IMG/VR virus record: IMGVR_UViG_3300020416_000009
Span: 1-52,372 of that record
Reading direction: 5' to 3' (one strand)
From: a virus
Lineage: Duplodnaviria > Caudoviricetes
DNA: 52,372 nt
This document shows positions 46,497 to 52,372 of this stretch, piece by piece. Each line of letters opens with the position of its first letter. Within the stretch, counting starts at the first letter, position 1. A program made the translations under genes and the position numbers. A model generated the notes under the pieces. That model ran no database searches, had not been told where the DNA came from, and saw only the letters and a list, made by a program, of their open reading frames with translations.

Positions 46497-46781
46497 TTAA
46501 ACCGCAAAGCTCTCACCACATCCGCACTGAGCTTTTGCATTTGGGTTCAGTACTGCTAGGTAACTACCACCTAGTTCTTCTACATAATCTACTGTACAAC
46601 CGAAAACAAACATCTCGGCCATGGGATCCAAGTACAGATTTTCAACCGTAGGATCTTTATCTGTAGTACCCCATTCATATTTAAAACCAGAGCATCCCCC
46701 TCCTTTTACGGAGAGAGATACATTAGGCTCGCCTACTTTTTGAAGATAATCTTTAGCTCTTTGCGTTACTGTCAGTATCAT
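46497..46781 (-). CDS. IscA/SufA/HesB-family Fe-S cluster assembly (A-type carrier) protein
   Basis: GGGCSGFKY and NPNAKAQCGCGESF motifs; start moved to MILTVT. Confidence 0.92.
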   Translation of the reverse strand: MILTVTQRAKDYLQKVGEPNVSLSVKGGGCSGFKYEWGTTDKDPTVENLYLDPMAEMFVFGCTVDYVEELGGSYLAVLNPNAKAQCGCGESFAV

Positions 46782-47214
46782 CTTCATCAACTTCAATTGG
46801 AGGTGCCATTCCAGCAGCTTGTGCCGCAGGATCAGGTAGATATTCACCTGAGCCTTGACTTCCTTCCATAACACCGTCATCTGGCATTGCAGCTGCTTCA
46901 TCAATTCCCATATCATCTTCACCAGATGCGTTCATAAGAATTGCTCCACCCTCACCATGTTCATGCGGCATATCACCACCTTCATGTGCATGAGTAGTTC
47001 CGTCTGCATGTGTATGCTCAGGCTCATGTCCTTCGCAATTTGCCATGTGTTTATTCAACTCATTCCAAAGTTCTCTGGCATTTCTTCTTCGGTCAAGTTC
47101 CATGCCATGCCGCCGACCTTCATCTTCCATCATGGTTTTAACATGATTTTCCATATCGCCGGCATGTCTTTGTAGCTCTTCCATACTTACAAGCATAGCT
47201 TCTGTTACGACCAT
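46753..47214 (-). CDS. His/Met/acidic-rich putative metal-binding protein
   Basis: HEPEHTHADGTTHAHEGGDMPHEH; AGGAG RBS; TATAAATA at 47247-47254. Confidence 0.7.
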   Translation of the reverse strand: MVVTEAMLVSMEELQRHAGDMENHVKTMMEDEGRRHGMELDRRRNARELWNELNKHMANCEGHEPEHTHADGTTHAHEGGDMPHEHGEGGAILMNASGEDDMGIDEAAAMPDDGVMEGSQGSGEYLPDPAAQAAGMAPPIEVDEDDTDSNAKS

Positions 47215-47332
47215 TTCATTCTCCTACAGTTTTATGAATGTAGTATTATTTATAATAAAGTTTATTTAACGTTCAATATTTTCTTGAGAAGATCTATATA
47301 TTTTTGATATTCCTCTTGAGACATGCTACCTC

Positions 47333-48337
47333 CTAGAATGTTGACTTAGGTTCATCATCAATAATTTCAACTGTGAATTTACCTGCAACAATATCATCAG
47401 ATAATCTTGCAATATGATCTTTCATTTCTCTGGTAATTTTACTATCAAACTCATAGAATGGTGCTAATGAAGCTCCACCTTTTGCCATCATTGTCCAGTC
47501 ATGATATTCTTCAGCTGACCAAGATCCTGCTTTTACTTTTGCAATTGCATGATCTATAGCACCTTCCATATGCCACAATGCAGAAGTTACAACCACATCA
47601 GTTCCACCTTCTTCTTTGTTCATATCATTTACGTTACCAAATGCAAGGATTCCTTTTTCTTTGCAAGCATCTACTACACCAGCTCTTTCTGCATATAGTA
47701 TATCACAACCCGCTTCAATCTGAGCAAAGGCAGCTTCTTTTGCTTTTGGAGGATCATACCAAGAACCGATATAAGTTACTTTAAACTCACACTCAGGATT
47801 CATACTTCTTGCACCATTCATAAATGCATGAAACAATCTGTTGACTTCGCCTATGGCATATCCGCCGACCATACCAATCTTTTTAGTCTTACTCATTTCA
47901 CCTGCAAGTATTCCCATCAAATAACACGGCTCATGTATGTAGTTATCAAATACTGAAAAATTACCATTGTGCGGTTTGAAAGGATCACCCATTAGGAATG
48001 CTATACTTGGATAATCGTCTGCAACTTTTCTTGCTTCTTTACTTATGCCAAATGCTTCTCCTACAATCATGTTTACACCGCTGTCACAGTACTCTCTCAT
48101 AACTCGTACGTAATCGGTGTTTGCAGTACTTTCATTATACACATATTCTATCTCACCACGCTTAGCTGCGGCATCAAGAGCAAGGTGTAATCTTGCCACC
48201 CATTTTTGTTGTGTTGGTACAGTGTATATACCAGCAACTTTTAATTTACCTCCAGCAAAAGCTGGGAAAGTAGTTAAGGCTGCCATTGCAGTAGCAGTAC
48301 CTATACTAAATTCTCTTCTATTCATTCTTAATATCAT
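47333..48337 (-). CDS. BMP-family ABC transporter substrate-binding protein, Tat signal
   Basis: NRREF twin-arginine leader; IGMVGG..IGEVNRL..AF and SWYDPPKAKEAA motifs. Confidence 0.9.
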   Translation of the reverse strand: MILRMNRREFSIGTATAMAALTTFPAFAGGKLKVAGIYTVPTQQKWVARLHLALDAAAKRGEIEYVYNESTANTDYVRVMREYCDSGVNMIVGEAFGISKEARKVADDYPSIAFLMGDPFKPHNGNFSVFDNYIHEPCYLMGILAGEMSKTKKIGMVGGYAIGEVNRLFHAFMNGARSMNPECEFKVTYIGSWYDPPKAKEAAFAQIEAGCDILYAERAGVVDACKEKGILAFGNVNDMNKEEGGTDVVVTSALWHMEGAIDHAIAKVKAGSWSAEEYHDWTMMAKGGASLAPFYEFDSKITREMKDHIARLSDDIVAGKFTVEIIDDEPKSTF

Positions 48338-48352
48338 AAATCCTCCTGTTAT

Positions 48353-48378
48353 AAAAAAAGACTCCCGAAGGAGTCTTG
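48353..48378 (-). terminator. intrinsic terminator with UUCG tetraloop
   Basis: AAGACTCC-TTCG-GGAGTCTT followed by a T tract on the minus strand. Confidence 0.85.
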
Positions 48379-48444
48379 GTTAATTAATTAAAATGTTTCG
48401 ATTGGTTTTCATAGTTTCCATAAATTCGCACACAATTGATTTAT

Positions 48445-49116
48445 TTATACGCGAGATTCGTAGATTTGCTTCGCTTTAAATAATAAATCCGTCCAATCGT
48501 CTCTTTTTTCAATAAAAACTTGAGGCTTTTCATTATCTACTGCAATAAGGATAACCAATTGTGGAACTGGTATTCCTGTTCTTTCTTCAAACATAATTGC
48601 ATAAGCTGATGCTTGAGCAAAATAATTATGAATCCATTCTTTCTTTTTTAATTTTCTTGATGTTTTAAAGTCTATAATGCTAAGCTTATCATTAAACACC
48701 CCGACGCAATCCACACGTCCGGCGAGTTTGAGATGCTTAGAATATAATGGTGCTTCGAGTCCAAGTATTTCTGATATACTTTCATCAAGTATAGGTTGAA
48801 CATCTTTAAAAGTTGATAATACATCTGGCATTACATCCTTATCATATTCTACGTTGTTATCAAGGTACCGTTCGATAATGCTATGTACAGCAGTACCGCG
48901 ATTAGCAGCTCTAACGCCGATCTTATTTGCCACATCTTCACCGACACGGCGTCTCCACGCCTGAATAGCGTCTTCGCTAAGAACTTTAAGCACAGTAGTA
49001 ACACTGTTAAAACTACTGCCATCAGGACATTTATAAGTTCTACCAGTATCGGTGGTTTCTGCGACAAGGTCTTCATATCCCAATTCTATTATGTTGTGGT
49101 TGAATTCTTTTCTCAA
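48445..49116 (-). CDS. PD-(D/E)xK exonuclease (Cas4/RecB-like, T4-like phage type)
   Basis: SVTTVL, RGTAVH, LAGRVDC, IIDFKTS and YFAQASAYA motifs. Confidence 0.88.
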   Translation of the reverse strand: MRKEFNHNIIELGYEDLVAETTDTGRTYKCPDGSSFNSVTTVLKVLSEDAIQAWRRRVGEDVANKIGVRAANRGTAVHSIIERYLDNNVEYDKDVMPDVLSTFKDVQPILDESISEILGLEAPLYSKHLKLAGRVDCVGVFNDKLSIIDFKTSRKLKKKEWIHNYFAQASAYAIMFEERTGIPVPQLVILIAVDNEKPQVFIEKRDDWTDLLFKAKQIYESRV

Positions 49117-49261
49117 GGTCTTCTATCCGTTTCTTCAATTCTTCAATTTGTTTATCTTTTAATCTGAGTTCTTCGAGGCCCCTATATCCATATTCAGTAT
49201 ATCCTTGATCAGATTTAGATCTACGGAATAAGCCTCTTATAGCTAAAAGTGGATCGTCCAT
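49073..49261 (-). CDS. hypothetical protein
   Basis: GGAG RBS; coiled-coil C-terminus. Confidence 0.5.
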   Translation of the reverse strand: MDDPLLAIRGLFRRSKSDQGYTEYGYRGLEELRLKDKQIEELKKRIEDLEKRIQPQHNRIGI

Positions 49262-49269
49262 TTACTCTC

Positions 49270-49464
49270 CTATTTTAATGCGGTAATCAATAATATTGCA
49301 ACTAGAAGTATGTTAGTTATGATCATTTGTGAACATAAAATAAGGTGGTACCAAACCCACCTATGTTTATATAAATTTTCGACTGTTACTGTTTCATCGA
49401 CTTCTGCATCTTCAGATAATTCTACCGGATGCTTTTTAAGTCCTAATATAGTTAATAAATCCAT
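49270..49464 (-). CDS. small membrane protein
   Basis: GAGGAG RBS; C-terminal TM helix. Confidence 0.65.
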   Translation of the reverse strand: MDLLTILGLKKHPVELSEDAEVDETVTVENLYKHRWVWYHLILCSQMIITNILLVAILLITALK

Positions 49465-49478
49465 AGCTCCTCTTCATA

Positions 49479-49715
49479 TTATAGCATTTTCATATTGTGT
49501 GCAGGATGATTTTCAGCAGCTTTTTGTTGTATTTCTCTAAATCCATCATCTACTTTTACACCCTGTGTGTTATTAACACCATATCTGAAAGCCGGTGTTG
49601 ACAACATCTGCTCAATATCAGGATTATCTTTTAGATAATCTTCACGTTCAGACATTTTCATTACTTTTTCAAAGACCTTACCGGTCTTTTTGTTTCTGAA
49701 GTTGTACGACGGCAT
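49479..49715 (-). CDS. FmdB-like small protein (T4-like conserved; Cys ligands absent)
   Basis: MPSYNFRNKKTGKVFE...YLKDNP...DDGFREI...HP pattern. Confidence 0.65.
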   Translation of the reverse strand: MPSYNFRNKKTGKVFEKVMKMSEREDYLKDNPDIEQMLSTPAFRYGVNNTQGVKVDDGFREIQQKAAENHPAHNMKML

Positions 49716-49968
49716 TCAGCAATTCCTCCAAATTTTTATCTATTTTATTTACTTGTTTCTTTATTTTATTTATTTCTCGAGTAAGAATACTATCGCCTGA
49801 ATATATACCTTTGCTCTTCCAAGAATCAGTCCTATCAATAACATCACTTGATATTTGCTTTATTCTTTCTTCATCTTGTCTAAGTTTCCACAACATCCAC
49901 TCATAATATCTTTCTGGTTCTGATTGCATAAGGCCTGGGTCTGGATCAGAAGTCATTTTCAATACCAT
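49678..49968 (-). CDS. hypothetical protein
   Basis: 96 aa ORF with coiled-coil C-terminus; start uncertain. Confidence 0.5.
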   Translation of the reverse strand: MVLKMTSDPDPGLMQSEPERYYEWMLWKLRQDEERIKQISSDVIDRTDSWKSKGIYSGDSILTREINKIKKQVNKIDKNLEELLNAVVQLQKQKDR

Positions 49969-50084
49969 CTTTTACATAAGTTTTACCGTTAAAGTGTTTA
50001 TCCATTTTTTCTATTTCGGTCATTTCTTTTTTCTCCTTAGGTTTAAACTTATCTACAATGGTTTTAATTATATGTTTAATTAAA

Positions 50085-50282
50085 TTAATCAAGATCTTGT
50101 TCAATTATTTCTGGTTTAGCATCTTCTAAACAAACGAAACCTACACCAGGAGGTGCTATTTCTTCTTCCCATAGTCCATTGGCATGACATTCATGAGGAT
50201 CTTTAAAATAATCTAAAGCTTCTCCTTCAATAACTCCAAGTGGGCTGATAGTAACCATTACTAAAATCCAACCGTAAATCAT
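50085..50282 (-). CDS. small two-cysteine protein with hydrophobic N-terminus
   Basis: WILVMVTI, YFKDPHEC...FVCLE; ATGA-coupled start. Confidence 0.7.
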   Translation of the reverse strand: MIYGWILVMVTISPLGVIEGEALDYFKDPHECHANGLWEEEIAPPGVGFVCLEDAKPEIIEQDLD

Positions 50283-50836
50283 CCTTGGTATCCTTTCCAC
50301 CAGTCTGGTGCTTCTCTACCCCATTCCCATTTAGCAAATGGTTTTGCTTGGTGGTAGTAGTTACGATATGCTTGTACAGCATCGCCAGGAACTAAACAAT
50401 CAGGATATGCTTTCATGGCCTGTGCAAATTCTGTCCTAGGTCCTTCCGGAATATTTTCAGGAGGAGCTGCAAGTATCATACCGAGTTTTTCCCATGTAGC
50501 ATGTTGCTTTCCACGCCTGTAGTGGTATTCCTTTGCCATAGCTGCAAAGTGATAGAAATGCCAGTTGTAGTTTGTACTGCTTTCCATAGTCCATACAGTA
50601 CATGGATGATGATGGTGAACAGCTGCATAATATAAACTTTCCCTTACATCATCATACTGATAGTACTTCACCATAGTTTTACCGGACCTTGACCTTTTCT
50701 TAGTCAGTGTACCATCTAACATACGATGAGCTGTACTCAGCATCTGAGCTGATTCAACAATCATTTTAGGGATATGCTTGTCACATAACATAATAGCCGC
50801 CGCGGCGGGATCTTCATCAAGCACAAATATATTCAA
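50279..50836 (-). CDS. pyrimidine-dimer DNA glycosylase/DenV-superfamily protein
   Basis: MNIFVLD..P, DKHIPKMIVESAQMLSTAH, HPCTVW and AYRNYY motifs. Confidence 0.75.
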   Translation of the reverse strand: MNIFVLDEDPAAAAIMLCDKHIPKMIVESAQMLSTAHRMLDGTLTKKRSRSGKTMVKYYQYDDVRESLYYAAVHHHHPCTVWTMESSTNYNWHFYHFAAMAKEYHYRRGKQHATWEKLGMILAAPPENIPEGPRTEFAQAMKAYPDCLVPGDAVQAYRNYYHQAKPFAKWEWGREAPDWWKGYQG

Positions 50837-51298
50837 TTACTTCTCCTCTGGTTTTATTGGTTCTCTAATGAGATTTGGCCATGCTTCTTGCACCGCCAGT
50901 TTGGTTACGCCTTTGTAAAGGCCTTGAAATTTTTTATCTTTCATTGCAATTAAAAGAGGTGCGTCATCTGGATGCACTATTGTAAGCATGCCGATAAACA
51001 TCTTTTCTCTTTTGGCTGGTATCATATTATCACCAGCACCACCTTTAGCGAAATACTTAAAGTTATTTTTTACTTGCTTTTGAATAACAGCAGGTGAAGT
51101 TGCTTCAGATGCAGCTTTATATGGTGGATTACCTGGTGGTAAATTGAATTGAATTGCGTCATCATATGCACCACGTAAAACCATTTGAAGTGCATTTGAA
51201 TTCCATTTGTGAAGTAGTTGTACCTTTTCTTCACGTGTTTGCACAGCACCAACAGCAGTTAATGCTTCATGCAATGTATGATTATTTGGATTTAACAT
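50837..51298 (-). CDS. conserved hypothetical T4-like protein
   Basis: LPPGNPPY and KREKMFI.ML..VHPDDA motifs; TATAAATA at 51397-51404. Confidence 0.75.
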   Translation of the reverse strand: MLNPNNHTLHEALTAVGAVQTREEKVQLLHKWNSNALQMVLRGAYDDAIQFNLPPGNPPYKAASEATSPAVIQKQVKNNFKYFAKGGAGDNMIPAKREKMFIGMLTIVHPDDAPLLIAMKDKKFQGLYKGVTKLAVQEAWPNLIREPIKPEEK

Positions 51299-52144
51299 TT
51301 AAAAGTCCTCTATAGATTCAATCAAAAGTTTACATCGTTTTTGTATTAGATAATTCAAAACTTTACTTTTGTTTGGTATTTTGTAATTACTATATGTATT
51401 TATAATATTTCTTTTTAAGTCATCAGGAGTTTCATTTAGATCGATAACTTGTTTATTACGGCAATAGTTACGATACCATGATGCAGCATATAATAGTTCA
51501 CCTTCTTCAAGGTCTTCAATTATGGCATCCATCTTTTTACGTGTCATAGGTGATTGTCTTTCACCTTTTACAAAAGTATCATCAGCAGATAGAACATTAG
51601 GTACACCGTCACCAGCATCACCTTTCAATATATGTTCCATAAGATATACTCTTGGGTTTTGTTCAACAACTAACTTCTTTGTCATTGGACTGAACTGAGA
51701 TACATTTTTAAACTTTTGTAGTTGTTTAAAATCATGATCTGCAGATACAATCATAACATCTTCATGTTGACCAAACTCTTGAGTGTTATGTACAAGCGTA
51801 CCGATAATATCATCGGCTTCACATCTTTGTTCATGAATAACCATATACGGCATGTTTTCTTTGATTTCTTCTCTTACACGAGTAATGATATCGAAGATAT
51901 GAGTCCAATCCATACTGGATTCTTCTCTACCTTTTCTACGGTTATGTTTGTATTCAGGGAATACTTCCTTACGCCAAGAACTATTATCACAAGCAAGGAT
52001 CATTTGACCATACTTGTCACGGTATTTCTTATTGTACATACGGATTGAATTGAGAATCATATGACGGATAAGTGTCTCGTCAATATTCATTCTTTGAGTT
52101 ATAATGCCTGCAATGGCAATAGCGGAGTAATCTAAAATAATCAT
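51299..52144 (-). CDS. rnh: T4-type RNase H / 5'-3' exonuclease
   Basis: WRKEVFPEYKHNR, EADDIIG, SADHDFKQLQ and GDAGDGVPN motifs. Confidence 0.93.
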   Translation of the reverse strand: MIILDYSAIAIAGIITQRMNIDETLIRHMILNSIRMYNKKYRDKYGQMILACDNSSWRKEVFPEYKHNRRKGREESSMDWTHIFDIITRVREEIKENMPYMVIHEQRCEADDIIGTLVHNTQEFGQHEDVMIVSADHDFKQLQKFKNVSQFSPMTKKLVVEQNPRVYLMEHILKGDAGDGVPNVLSADDTFVKGERQSPMTRKKMDAIIEDLEEGELLYAASWYRNYCRNKQVIDLNETPDDLKRNIINTYSNYKIPNKSKVLNYLIQKRCKLLIESIEDF

Positions 52145-52150
52145 AATATA

Positions 52151-52179
52151 ATTATACCAAATTTTTTACTGAATGTACA
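52151..52179 (-). promoter_or_regulatory. early-type promoter for rnh
   Basis: TGTACA-17-TGG-TATAAT ending 6 nt before the ATG (leaderless mRNA). Confidence 0.7.
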
Positions 52180-52182
52180 CCA

Positions 52183-52371
52183 TTATTTTCGGTTTTCTTC
52201 ACTTTTTTTCATTGCGGCCACAGCAGTGTCAATAGCACCGGACATGTCTTCCATCATGTCTTGAAATGGATGGTGCTTTTCACCTTCTTCTGCGGCCTGT
52301 CTTCTTACTGCTGCATATGCAAGATTTGTCAATACTTTAATATCATCTTTAAGTTTCTGATCTATATCGTA
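52183..52371 (-). CDS. 3' end of a hypothetical protein (truncated by the window edge)
   Basis: Open frame YDIDQKLKDDIKVLTNL...KKSEENRK*. Confidence 0.55.
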   Translation of the reverse strand, partial: YDIDQKLKDDIKVLTNLAYAAVRRQAAEEGEKHHPFQDMMEDMSGAIDTAVAAMKKSEENRK

Positions 52372-52372
52372 A

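Noticed and set aside
48445-49116. Cas4 as evidence of a CRISPR system
   Set aside because: No array or other cas genes; such exonucleases are common in T4-like phages
1-52372. Introns, inteins, homing endonucleases, reverse transcriptase/DGR or alternative genetic code
   Set aside because: Core genes are uninterrupted and of expected size under the standard code; no such motifs recognised

Overview
This 52 kb window comes from a T4-like (Tevenvirinae/Kyanoviridae-type) marine myophage. The host is probably an alphaproteobacterium, inferred mainly from the tmRNA type. From left to right it holds: (1) tRNA-Arg(UCU); (2) a minus-strand cluster of modification enzymes (2OG-Fe(II) oxygenase, split radical SAM/SPASM, several glycosyltransferases, methyltransferase, nitroreductase) downstream of virion genes; (3) a baseplate/tail module (VrlC-like protein, gp8, gp7-like, gp6, gp25, PAAR-peptidase M15 fusion, gp5, hub, gp53, gp48, then gp4, gp2, gp54-like, gp26/gp51-like and a tape-measure-like protein); (4) replication/transcription genes (gp32, gp59, gp33, RNase H, exonuclease); (5) an accessory region with two BMP-family substrate-binding proteins, GuaC, DoxX, an IscA-like protein, a Na/Pi cotransporter, SleB and GH108 hydrolases. 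Main highlights: a late-promoter-driven, circularly permuted two-piece tmRNA (tag ANDNFAPVNYALAA) inside a cluster of further structured RNAs; a U UUU UUA -1 frameshift signal joining gp26 to an unannotated gp51-like ORF; a dispersed six-member family of small two-cysteine proteins; repeated composite early-promoter cassettes with a TGTGA-N8-TCACA palindrome; and a position-dependent DNA-composition anomaly at the left end. All gene calls come from motif recognition and synteny; no database searches were run.
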